64,000 bases of DNA, from positions 5,478,101 through 5,542,100 of the forward strand of contig NC_092677.1 in NCBI RefSeq assembly GCF_964355755.1, in the 5' to 3' direction. Below, one piece after another: positions 51,801 through 63,300 of the stretch. The translations under genes were made by a program, and so were the position numbers. The stretch's first letter is position 1, and every line of letters begins with the position of its first letter. This stretch comes from Antedon mediterranea. Taxonomy: Eukaryota; Animalia; Echinodermata. Under the pieces are notes generated by a model. That model made no database searches. It worked only from the letters and a program-made list of their open reading frames with translations, and was not told where the DNA came from.

Positions 51801-53785
51801 AAAGGGATGCAGGTAAACTAAAGCTCTGTCTACATTTTATGTAGCAAAAATGTGATATGATGATATGGACATATTTGGGAATATCACTACCATATTTGGG
51901 TAAAGTACACTGGTTTGATAGGGTAGACAGAGCTTAAGCAAGTGTGATAGGATAACCTATGGTGTAGTCTAAAGATGATAGAAAGTTGATGATGAGGCAT
52001 GGTGTGAATACAAGTCAAACAAGCTAGGGTTCAAACAGGTGTGAACACAAGTCAAGCTAGGGCTCACAGCAGGTGTGAACTCAAGTAAAGGTTGACAATA
52101 GGTGTAAAGGCAAGTCAAGCTTGTGTTCACACAGTATAATTAAGCTAGAAAAAAAAAAAAAAAAAAAATTATTGTTTTAAATATAAATGATTCTTTAATT
52201 GGTTTTGTAGACATTTATGTCCATCTTGAAATCATGTTTGACAAGATCTGAAAATTATCAGAAATTGTATTTACAACAAAATTTTATCGTTATATACCTT
52301 ATCAAAGTCGTATTTGCCCACAGTATTTCATTCATAGTTTTTTTAATAAATAGTGGACTTTGGATTTTAAGATAACACTACAGTAAATCAGTTTACAAAA
52401 ATGTTAAATACTATCTAATAGATTTCAAACCTTCATCTAGGCTGAAGACTCGTATTGCTTGATTAAAACCACAAACCATTTGTCTGCGTCTGACATGCAG
52501 GGCCATACAATACACTGGAGAGCCAACCTACAAAACAAAGTATTAAAAATGTCAAATAGGTTTGATTATGATGATTAATATATATTATATATAATTATAT
52601 TGCAAAAACTGTTTTGTGGCCCAAATCAACACAAACTAAGTATAGCTTTTTTTTTAACATCTTCATATACTTATAAATCCATAATACTTGGAAAGAGTTA
52701 GAAAAAGTATTTGGTTAAAGTTTATAACAAACCCTGATTTTATCGAAGACTCCACCACCAGATGCCCATGCCACGATGTAACCATCATTAGATGAAGAAA
52801 ACATAACTTTACCTTCAGTCCTGGGAAAAAGTAAGATTTGTTTATTAGATAATAATATTAATATTAATTATTATTAAATAATATTGTAATTTAAGAAAAG
52901 ATTCAATTTTTAGACTGTAAGAGGTGTTATCATATATAGTATTATAAAATCATGTTAGAAAAAACAAAATTTTGCTATAATTTGGGAAAGTACACTAGGA
53001 CAGACTAGGCCTAAGTTGTTTAGAAACACTTTTTTGCCGCAGAATATTGGGTACCAAAATCTGTGAGCCGCAGTAATACAATAATTCAGAATGGTATACT
53101 ACCAATAGAGAAATGCTGTGATCCATCCTTGGTGTTCCCACGACATGTGTACTAATTTAGACCCTTCTGCTTCAAATGTTTTAATTACACCATCTGAAAA
53201 AATAGTAAAAAAAAGAACATTTTAATCAATTATCAATACTTTTATTCCATATCATGATTGCGGTCTTGATTGGCAAATACAGATTTTTAAAAAGGTTTTC
53301 TTGTTGCAGTTACCAGCAAATGATGTGTGTTCTACTAGCCTACTAGGCTAGGCCTATTCAAATGACATTTTATTTTTTGGTTTTTATATGTTTTATATTG
53401 TACTAGCCTAGGCTTAAGGCTAGCAATATATTACACCGTGTACCACCAATAACTTTTCTATAGATGGGGTTAGTTAGCAATAGTACACTTTCTTGTCTGG
53501 TCTCCCTTATCCGGGATAGTATAGTTGATCTTGCAGGCCTAGGCTAGCCTAGGTTTAGTAGAGTGTGGTAGGTTGGGATCATTTATGACATTGATGGATG
53601 ATGAAAGGGAATTGAGAGGGTGAGCCTGTCTAAAAAATCCTGGTGGCTGCTGCTGCTGAGTGGAAATGAATAAAAATGTTACCTTCAAAACCAGCAAGGA
53701 TTTCACGCCTTACAGGATGAAAGCCAATAGCCGTAACTTGACGATGGTGTGTTTCAGTGATAACAGCTTGCTTTTCCATAGCCAT
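39828..53785 (-). CDS. WD40-repeat protein, about 780 aa, 21 coding exons (orthology not recognised)
   Basis: Exons in transcript order: 53683-53785, 53103-53193, 52733-52820, 52431-52527, 51270-51408, 51104-51175, 48992-49060, 48546-48729, 48275-48371, 47961-48059, 44191-44281, 43888-44029, 43550-43646, 43197-43339, 42723-42848, 42234-42286, 42011-42109, 41481-41664, 40941-41053, 40328-40421, 39828-39989. All GT-AG, phases consistent, no internal stop. WD motifs include LITGSFDKVVKIW, GHSNCIT..SSGWDRRICIWD, GHDAEITQV..TGSEDGTIRIW, GHSDSVR..SASWDKTIRIWN. Confidence 0.92.
44480..47875 (+). mobile_element. Near full-length LINE (CR1 group, Rex1/Babar-like) with APE endonuclease and RT, antisense in a WD40 intron
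   Basis: ORFs 44573-45334 and 45249-47450. Endonuclease motifs SESW, GGGVA, GDFN, LDL, SDH. RT motifs RPISITP, DFRKAFDLIDH, GVPQGTKLGP, YIDD, LLGV. Frameshifts near 45320 and 47448. 3' AATAAA followed by a GAATGAATGAA tail. Confidence 0.92.
49259..49773. mobile_element. Kolobok-like MITE
   Basis: TTAA|AGATGTATTGTC...GACAATACATCC|TTAA. Confidence 0.7.
50608..50757. mobile_element. Short Harbinger-like MITE family (related copies approx. 51820-51937, 54655-54775, 56100-56210)
   Basis: TIR CTCTGTCTACACTATCAAAC / GTTTGATAGTGTAGAC and shared internal ATCACTACCATATTTGGG / GATGTGCCCA motifs. Confidence 0.7.
51560..51700 (-). mobile_element. tRNA-derived SINE fragment (related + strand fragment at approx. 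2113-2171)
   Basis: Minus strand GAGTTCGAGTCTCGGTTGGGGCGACTTTTTC..CACAGATTTCCTCATCTTTATCGTTTCAAATT with a B-box-like motif; the same body is seen at 2117-2171. Confidence 0.55.
51995..52135 (+). repeat. Degenerate minisatellite of about 30-35 bp (four units)
   Basis: GGTGTGAA(C/T)ACAAGTCAAGCTAGGG-type unit repeated. Confidence 0.6.
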
Positions 53786-54000
53786 CTTGAAAGATTAAAT
53801 ACAGCAAATATATTTGTTATTTTTATGAAAGAAGAAGAGCGTCAATCACCCAGACGACTGAACTTTTCGTTATGGATCAACGATTTTCTTCTTCCGTCCA
53901 AAAAACTCTTGAGGGCTCACTCCAAGAAATTTATTCCGCGGCATGTTTTTGTTGTTTAACTTTTCTTAAACTACAAAAAAAGAATAAAACGGTTTGAAAA
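53786..54000. promoter_or_regulatory. Bidirectional promoter region shared by the WD40 gene and XRCC1
   Basis: Divergent start codons at 53785 (-) and 54001 (+) are separated by 215 bp, which should hold both TSSs and 5'UTRs unless the transcripts overlap. Confidence 0.75.
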
Positions 54001-54668
54001 ATGCCAGAAATAAAGTTTCAACACGTTGTGTCTTGTAGTAGTGAAGATGAGGTTCGTAATAATTGACTAGGTCCTATGATATGCCTACAAGTAATATTGA
54101 TATTCGACTTAGTTAGCATAATCTTCTAGCTAGGCCTAGCCTATTTAGGCCTGGCCCTACTAGTTAGTAGTAGACCCGATAGAAAGAGACTTACGTGTGC
54201 AGGAGGGGTATTCCGCCCAGCACTGAGCAGGCCGCCAATGAGCCTAGTCTAGCCTGGCTATACTATAGGCTACACTAAATAGGTAGGCCGGCGCTAGTTC
54301 CTTTTCGCACCTAAATGTGTCTGTTTTAAAAGGAAAATAATACCACCAACAAAATTACCTGTCTGGCTGGACACAGTACATACACACTCTAGAGAAAGGA
54401 TATTTCATGTGATTGTTTTTATTGTTTTGTATTTATTTCAGACACATAAAGCAGATAATTTACTAAAACCAGAGACATATCGGAAATGGAAGTGTGCAAC
54501 TGCAGGAGAGAAACAGGCCACTGTCATACTACAGGTGTGTTAAATAAAGTAACACTTAAATTACTAACTACTAATGCCTATATATAGACTATAGTCAAAA
54601 GAAGCGAAATTAGAAGTTTAGTACTATAAAAAGGCCGGTTCCAGAATTTTTGCAGTACACTATCAAAC

Positions 54669-54703
<35 letters not shown>

Positions 54704-57700
54704 ATGTCCATATATGGAATGGGTACATCACATTTTTTTGTAACATAAAGTTTGATAGTGTAGACCGTGCTTTACTTTATCTTGATCTCGCATTTTCTAA
54801 CAAAGAAAAATGCCTATGTAGATATTAGAATATGCATTTTTACTTTTTCTTAGTTTGAGAAGTCCAGTACTATTCATTCAATTGACATTGGTAATGAAGG
54901 CTCAGCATTTATTGAAGTTCTTGTTGGAAAATCTTCAAGTGAAAAGGCTGATGATTACCAGGTATTTTCTATGCTCTTTCCTCTATCAGAGTTAAATAAT
55001 CAAGCAATCTGTGTAACTTCTTCACCATGTGAACGCACTTTATGCATACTTTACTCTAGTGTGTGAACACAGCAAGATTTGCTTTCATAATCAGGAGGTT
55101 GCCTATCTTATTCATTCATTACACACCAGTGAATGGTCAAAAGAACTGTAGTACCACCCAAGTTGGTAAAAATAAATCTCTACTGATAAAAATTTTATAT
55201 AGTACTTGTTTATTTTTTTCATAGGTTATACTAGTAACGTCCTCTTTTATGAGCCCTGCTGATAGTAAGAATGGTACAAATACAAACCGTGTCAGGTTCT
55301 TTGGTCAGAACCAGCTGACAAAGACTGTCCTTGATAAGAGTTGGGATCGTGTTAAGGTTGTGTGTACTCAGCCTTTTAACAAGGTAGGATTACTGTTGTT
55401 CATGGTTTCTCAATAAGTGAAATTAAAGGGGACCTAAACATACATTCTGATGGTAATTTTGTTGTTCCAACAGACTAACGCATATGGATTATCCTTTATC
55501 AAAATGCACTCAACTCCAGCCCCGGGTGAGCAGTCATCGGACAAAGCAAAAGAGGTCACATCACAGGTTTGTTTGTGTTTTTATAAATATTATATATATA
55601 ATATATCATAACTGGCACAGACTACATTTCAGTTTCAGTAGGTAATACATTATTTTTTCTTGATTCTATTTCTTGTAGAATATAAACAAACTGGGCCATT
55701 TTAAGTTAAAGGAAACAACTCAGTCAAGCGTAGCTGTTGGATCATATTTCAAAAATCGTGATAAACCAGAGCCCTCACCGCTGAAAGGTGCGGCTGCAGT
55801 GAGAGCAGCATCTTCAGTTGCAGAACAGGCACTTCAAGCCACATCGCTCAAGCACAAAAGGCCAGCTGAGGTACAAAAGGTCGCAACTCCCAGTCCTAAA
55901 CAACAGGTATGTAATAACGTATAATGCGACCCTTAGGGTAAAAGAAAGTTGTCGTATGTGTTGTCCACACCTTTTGAAATATAGACCAGTAGGCTGCAAG
56001 TTGCAGGTTATTCCTCCCGCATTTGATTAAAAAACTATGAAGTACAATATATGTGACTTAGTGTGCCTCTGTACATTGTATCCACAACCATATGTATATT
56101 TGAACTAGTTTGACAAAAAAGTGTGATGTGCACAAATATGGTAGTGATATGCCCAAATATGATAGTGATATGACATCATCATGCCCATATATGGGCACAT
56201 TACATTTTTTTCAGATTTTTTGTTTGTTTTCTAATAAGAAAACATTTCCATCATTTTCAGACACCTGTTAAAAGAAAGTCAATAGATAAAGAGAGAGTAG
56301 CAGATAAGCACACACCGAGGCAGTTAGCAAGTGGCAATGATCAGGCTAAGAGAAAGACTGAGTCGCCACAACAAGTACCACCAATGAAAAAAAGGAAATG
56401 TATATAAAAAATTATTATTTTCAACATAATTCTGAATATTGTAACTTCACATAATCATTATTGTCATCACTATTTTTATCAACTTGTAAAGCTTAATTGC
56501 CACTAGGACGCAGGACAAGAATGTAAGCCAATTGACCAATGACAAGCAACATTTCAAATAGTCCATCGCTTGTGATAGGTCAAATCAAATTAGCTACCTT
56601 ACATCAATATTATTACCTCCGCCAAGGAGGTTATGTTTTCACCCCTGTATGTTTGTGTGTGTGTTTGTGTGTGTGTTTGTGTGTGTGTCTGTGAACAGCC
56701 TGGAGGCCACAGTTTTTATCCGATTCTAACCAAATTTGGACACAATGATCTATGCCCAAAAAGCTCGGACGAGTTCGAATTTGAGGGGGAAAGGTCATAG
56801 GTCAAGGTCACAACTAACAAAAAACTATTTTACTGTCTAGAGACCACAGTTTTGATCCGATTCTCACCAAACTTAGCCACAATGATCAATGACACATCAT
56901 ATAATTGTGGTTACATTTTGAAGGGTCAGGGTCAAAGATCAAGGTCCACCAAAAAAAAAAATAAATAAAAAATAAAAAAATAATTAAAAAAAAAAACCCT
57001 CAGTGGGGCTTGAACCAGCGACCTCAACTGTGAGAGGCTGGATACATAACCATTACACCACACTGTCATCCACAACTTTGTAGTGTGCAGTTAACATATT
57101 TACACTTAGAACTAATAAAAAAAAATGTTAAAAAAAAATATTCAGGGGGCATTTTATCACCATTGCCTTTTAGATTATAGCGCACGTTAAAGAACTTGGT
57201 ACACTATTCGAAAAGAGTAGGTGATCTTCTCCTGGTGTGCTTAGTTGGTATGCACTGCTGTCTGCCGTGGGTCCGTGGAGGGCCTAATCCAAATTTCCTC
57301 AGTTTCCAGTTAAGCTCGAGGACCAAGAATAACTACATTTTTATTTTTTTTGAATTAATATTTTGACCCTATCTTATTTTTAGCTGATGTTACAAAGCCG
57401 TCAACTAAAAATAAACCCTTTGGGCAATTAATGGAAGGAGTTGTGTTTGTAATAAGCGGTTTCCAGAACCCCCATCGAAGTGACATACGAGACAAGGCAC
57501 TAGAGATGGGAGCCAAGTACAAAGGGGATTGGGGCAAAGGATGCACACACTTAATGTGAGTAATGGAAGACTATGGTTGTTATTACAATTTAAAGCAGCA
57601 CACATTTTATTGAAAATAAAATATCGCAAATAAGACAAAAAGAAATTTTAATTATAATGAGAAATATTTACATTATATTGGGTGTAAACACTAAAAGGAA

Positions 57701-60056
57701 ATTTCTTCTACTCCAGAATAAAACCAGCAAACAGAGAATACATTATAAAAAAACAAAACAATACCTAAAAAGACCTTATTCCTTACCAAGCTAAAAGAAA
57801 AAGTTTTATTATTAAAATTTACTTGAAAGGAAAGATTTAATGAATAAAAGAATAAACATTTTAGGAAATAGTTTTATACTAAAAAAAGTTTTCAATTATC
57901 AATTCATTGACTTATAACGTACATCCATTCCATCCATGATATGGTTTATGATTTTAAAATGTTTGTCAATTTTAGATGTGCGTTTGCCAACACACCAAAG
58001 TATCAAGCAGTCAAGGGTAGAGGTAAAATAGTGAAAAAAGGATGGATTCTGGATTCTTATAAACAGCAGACATTGTTACCATGGAAAAGGTAAACAATGA
58101 TTGTTATGTGCCATGTAATGTAACATCTCATTTTTTAACATTTGATTATACAGATACGCTTGTCCATAAACTATTGACTTAGTTTACCTCCATCAATTTT
58201 CCAAAATACAACTGTTGTCAATTGTGATTTCTGTTTATTTTTTTTTAGATTTTGTGAAATTTTTTGATAATTTTACAACCAACTGCTATTACTAAATACA
58301 CTGAGCCTTTTGTTTTAATGATTTTACAAGTTAACATGTTGTCTTAATTACCTTATTTATCTTGCCTTTGTTTTCTTTTTTTTCCATTACTTTATTAGGT
58401 ATAAACTGAGCAGTCCAAATGACAGTTCCAGTGATGAAACCGAAGAAGAAGAAGAGTCACCTGCGAAGAAAACGCCAGTTAAGGCAAACCCTTCTCAAGC
58501 AATGGTAAAAACAATTATTGCAATTATAATATAACTACCAGGTTTGAATAGGGTGTCATAGAGGTCCCCTTCTCCAAGTTATTAGTAGCATATTTTTCTT
58601 TTTAAAGGAGAGCGAAGATGAAGAATCAGATGATGATATGGATACAGAAACAGCGGCAGGTACGTCAGTCAAGGGTAAAACAAATAAAGTTGATTCAAGT
58701 TCAGAATCTAATACTGAAGATGAAATTAGAAGGTGAGAAATACTGTCCCTGTAATTGGTATATAATTGTACATTTAATATATCGCAGTATGCAGTTAATC
58801 AGCTTGCATTTGGTTGTTTAAGATTACATATTGTGCACCATTGGTCATTTCAAGTACTTTAGTTTACCATATTTAATTCACATTTCACAGAGTACAACAT
58901 GGAGACACAAAAGAAGATTCTTATGGAAGTTCAACGGACGTGGACTCGGAGAACGAAACTGCCAGCAGCAAAGCAAAAACTAACGTAGATGAGGGTGGAG
59001 ACATTCCCGAATTACCGAGCTTCTTTACCGATAAACATTTTCTGTTGTATGGAAAATTTGATGACTTGGAAAGAAGGAATCTTGTTAGATATATTACAGC
59101 TTTTAATGGGTGTGTATTCCTTTATAATCTGAGAGTCCATGTCAATAATATTTTACTGCAGTTACTGCAGTACTATATTCTTTTTATTTAACCTAATTAT
59201 GCAAATTATTTATCAAGATTTTATTGTTATTCATATGAAATATCTATTGCAGTGACTTCTGCATAAACTTCTATATTTAAACAAACTAAAATCATACTTT
59301 TTTGCAGTAAAAAATAAATTTACTGCAGAAACTGCAGTAGAACAGTTAATAATGTTTATATGATCACCTTTGTATCAGAAATTTTTTTATATATATTTTT
59401 TTTCAATTATTTACAGAGAGCTTGAAGATTATATGTCGGAGGTAGTTTCATACATAATTACTAAATCACAATGGGACGACAGTTTTGATCAGGTTGGTGT
59501 TAAAAGGTTGTTGTGAGTGTACCCATTCTTAAGGGATCTGGTTACTGCAGTAACTACATTTTTTAGTGCAGTAATGTATGATTTTATTTTTCTTCAATAT
59601 ATACATTTATGAGGAATTTTAACTGCTGCACTATCTACATTTTTTAGTGCAGTAATGTCCGATTTTAGTTTTCTCAAGGTAGACATTTTTTAGGAATTTT
59701 CACTGAAATAAACACTGTGTGAACCTGAGCGAAGAGTGAACTTAAACTTAAACTTTCCCTGGTATGAACTAAAAAACGTAGTAATTTGTATAAGCAAGTT
59801 AAGGAGACAAAAAATGCTGTTACTGCAGTAACTGCAGTAGTATCAATTTGACATGGTGTAGACATGGTATCTTATAATCTCAATCGCCACGTAATGCATT
59901 AATACTTCCGTTATCAGCAGTAATACATTTATTCCATTATAGGCACTTGAAGAAAATGCACAGCTTACGTTTGTCAGGCCAAAGTGGGTGTTTGCTTGTG
60001 GGGAGAAAGGAAAGATGATGCCTTACCAGCCTTATGTTATTGTGCCAGTAAACTGA
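54001..60056 (+). CDS. XRCC1: DNA repair scaffold protein XRCC1, about 598 aa, 14 exons
   Basis: Exons 54001-54051, 54442-54534, 54854-54961, 55225-55383, 55474-55566, 55679-55906, 56261-56399, 57384-57555, 57976-58089, 58399-58504, 58608-58732, 58891-59109, 59417-59492, 59943-60056. N-terminal domain MPEIKFQHVVSCSSED..NLLKPETYRKW..IDIGNEGSAFIEVLVG..SSFMSP..WDRVKVVCTQPF. BRCT1 GVVFVISGFQNPHR..CTHLICAFANTPKY. BRCT2 IPELPSFF..FVRPKWV. Confidence 0.97.
56611..57172 (+). mobile_element. Non-autonomous Helentron-like (DINE-1/pearl/Tsp-type) element with an embedded tRNA-like segment
   Basis: TTATTACCTCCGCCAAGGAGGTTATGTTTTC start with a short inverted repeat, then a GT/GTTT microsatellite and two tandem units of about 135 bp (CCACAGTTTT..ATCCGATTCT..CACAATGATC..GGTCAAGGTCA). 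Confidence 0.7.
57177..57300 (+). mobile_element. SINE fragment (Meta-like core)
   Basis: GCACGTTAAAGAACTTGGTACACTATTCGAAAAGAGTAGG resembles the core of the 10856/30607 SINEs (GCACTTTAAAGAACCTAGTACATCTTTCGAGACGAGTAGG). Confidence 0.5.
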
Positions 60057-60303
60057 GATGATATGGGTGAGCTTATGCAATCTACTAGAGTTGAACCATT
60101 AGTGCAACATTCTCGGTTAAGTAGTGTTTTTTTCACTCAAAGAAAACCAAGAAACAATTTTTAGTAACAAATTAAGATATTTATTGTTCCGTATTTTGTA
60201 CTGTGAACATTCACACATTACATCTTCGCTTTGTATCTTATCTTCGTATATTTTCCAGTTAAAAGTTTTACTTTTTATCTTCGGTGACCTGTGAATCGAC
60301 GAA

Positions 60304-63300
60304 TTAGTCTGAAACGAGAAATGGGAGAGAAAAAAACAAAAACCGAACAAAAGAAACTTTTCCTTTTGAATGTAAAACATTTTTATCGTGACACAAAAAA
60401 CCCCAAAACATATATTAATGGAGGTTGACCAAAACATGCAACACATAGTATAATAAAATGAAAGATGGTACAAAAAATGTTACTGTTACATATACACCAT
60501 TTGTAAGCTCCACCCCACTATCAAATTATTATTATTAATAACAAGGAAATATGTTCATTTCAATATGTATACACAAGAGCAAAATTTACCCTGAATCAAA
60601 ATAACATAAACAAGAGTGGAGCTTACATAATACTGCCTCAAAACTTTTTAATTGAATCCCATACAAGTGTTTTGTTGATAAAAAAAAGTTCTTACCGCAC
60701 GTAATTCCATCAGGTTGAAGTAACAATTCCCCTGGGCATCTACAGACTGGTTCTCCAGATTGAATTGCGCAATCATGACTGCAAAGGCCAATAGCAAGGT
60801 TACACTCTACAGAATAAGAAGAGTTTGAAATGTTTTGTGTAAAAAACCAAGCAAGCGACAGAAATATTGTTGATATCATGTATTATGTGTTATCAATATA
60901 TTGTTGATAATATTCGAAAATGTTTAGCTGATAATGTTCATCAATCTTGTAAATGGACACATGGACCAAACATGGCACCTTAAGCTTGGTTCCAACTAGC
61001 GACACAACGTTATGCAACCTACGCAACACAAGAAAATACCCTTCCAATAATTTTACGCGATTACGCAATATAGCACTTTGCGTTAATACGTCGCTTCGTT
61101 ACGTTCTAGTGGGAACCACGCTTTATATGCACTGTGAAGTTGACAACAAGCAAGAGAAGTCCAATACCCGTCGAACAAGAAACAGTCATGGAAGTAACAT
61201 GGACAAGAAAAATGGAAGGAACCGTATTATAAACCTTTTTGAAAATTGGCATGTAAAGAGGGTTTCGTGTTGGAACTTCTTCTTGTAGTATTAGAAGTTT
61301 AAGACCAACAATCTTCGTATTGCTTGTGTCCTTAGAAAAGCCACTTTACTGCTCAAGTTTACCGCTCTCCATACAGGAGTATAAATGGTTACCTGGTAAG
61401 ATCAAACTGCGTTGATTACTAGCTGCATTATGGGACCTGACTATTGTTCCAATGACCTGGGTAATAATGGAAAGTGCTTGAAAGCTTTGAGCATTATGCG
61501 TTATATTAAATTGATTGGTATCGGGCCAGGTCATGATCAATAACAATTCAAAGAAACTGACCACATGTCAAGTTATCGTGGCCAATTGTCATTGGTTCTG
61601 GGCATGTGCAAACCGCTTCTCCGGACTGAGCGATGCAACCATGACTACAGTAACCATTCATAACGCTGCAGTCTGAAATGAAAAGAAAACTTGTTATTTG
61701 TGTATCTCTACATACTAAGTACTGGTTATTGAACAGAGGCCCTGCTGTATACAGTATATTACGAAGTTAGATCACTATTTCTGTTAGGTGTACATTGTGA
61801 AGAAACAATTTCTTTACAACACACAATTTCAGGATTAGCTTTTTAAAATGTCCAAACTGTAGGCTATTTTGCGTACTGCAACATTTTGTAATAAAATCAA
61901 TGAATAATATCATGAGATATATATATATATATCCTTTGATTTTGGTTTTATTTTGTTTATATTGAAATAAGATAGGAGAATGCTAGCATATCTTGTATTT
62001 TATGCTCGTGTCGGAAGTTTTTTTTTACCTGTATTTATTTTACAAAGCGCTGGTAATGTCTCTTGACTACAAGGTATGTCATCCGAGAATATATCAGTGT
62101 TGCTGATGATAAGTTTGCGACAAAATTCGGTGAAGTCTGCAGACAGCAAAATTATTTTTAATAGCAATTAATATTTAGATTGCATTAATGTGACAAAAAA
62201 AATATTTTAACATACAATAAATATTGTAATTTTGATTTGATGTCCAGTAACTAATAATTTATTTGATGTTTGCATAGTTAATAGCATTTTATATTTGGAT
62301 TATATTAATGTGACAAAGAAAATAATTTAACATAACAGTACATATTGTAATTAGGATTTTATGTCCAGCAACTGATAATGTATGTGATGGTTGCATAATG
62401 GTTTTAACCGAATACATACCTGAATATTGGATTGAAATAGTAAAGAAATCGGCTTCTTTGATGTTTTCAGCTGCAAAAATAAAATATCGAAATTACACTG
62501 TATCCTATTGAGATGACAAAATTATAATTGATGCTTGGACTCGAAGTGATTTTAAACTCGTAATTCGTATTGCGGCAGGCCGAAATAAATGTTTAGGCTG
62601 AAATTACTAGATGCTATGGGCCTCTTAACGAAGGGCTGTTAGTAGAATTTCTAGAACATCAGTTTAGAAAACCGATCAAGTACTGTGATATACGAAATAC
62701 CATATGTAAACAGGTACAATATCTATACCTGATATGTTTTTATCTTGTATAAATATGTTTTTAAATAAATCAATATAAATATTGTCCCTACCACATCCTA
62801 CCATTGTACTCGTGAACATGGTGAGTAAAAAGACAACAATAAAAATATGCTAGCCTCCTGGAGCCAACAAATGGTGCCTCGTGAATAGGGGTTGGATGTA
62901 GAGTTTTCTCTCTTTTTTTTCTCGTGAAAGTGTGCCAATGACGGCGATTCGGCTTAATATTCACAAAGAACAACATTGGAAAAAGAGAGAAACAGTAAAG
63001 AGATTCTCGCTTTTCACTGGGAAACTTACAGAATATCATGATTTCACAGATGGTAAGATAAGTGTTAAGTATTTCCACCGACACATATTGGCCACGTATA
63101 GCAGGGAATTCTAGATCAATTTGAGGTCCATTTGCAACTTGCTCAGATGTGACTACTGTCCACACTGCGTTTAAGGTATGGGTCGCGTTTAATCCAACAC
63201 GAATAACTGCTCCAACCATCCGCTGTTCACAACAATCTACCAGATACAATCGGGATAAAATTACTTTACGGATACATTTATCAAAATAGGCCTACTTGTC

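Noticed and set aside
53660-53959. 99-aa + strand ORF upstream of XRCC1
   Set aside because: Non-ATG start, antisense to WD40 exon 1, and XRCC1 has its own conserved MPEI start at 54001.
56995-57070. tRNA gene (also 38025-38092 and the SINE heads)
   Set aside because: A/B boxes are present, but acceptor and anticodon stems do not pair properly and the segments are embedded in repeats.
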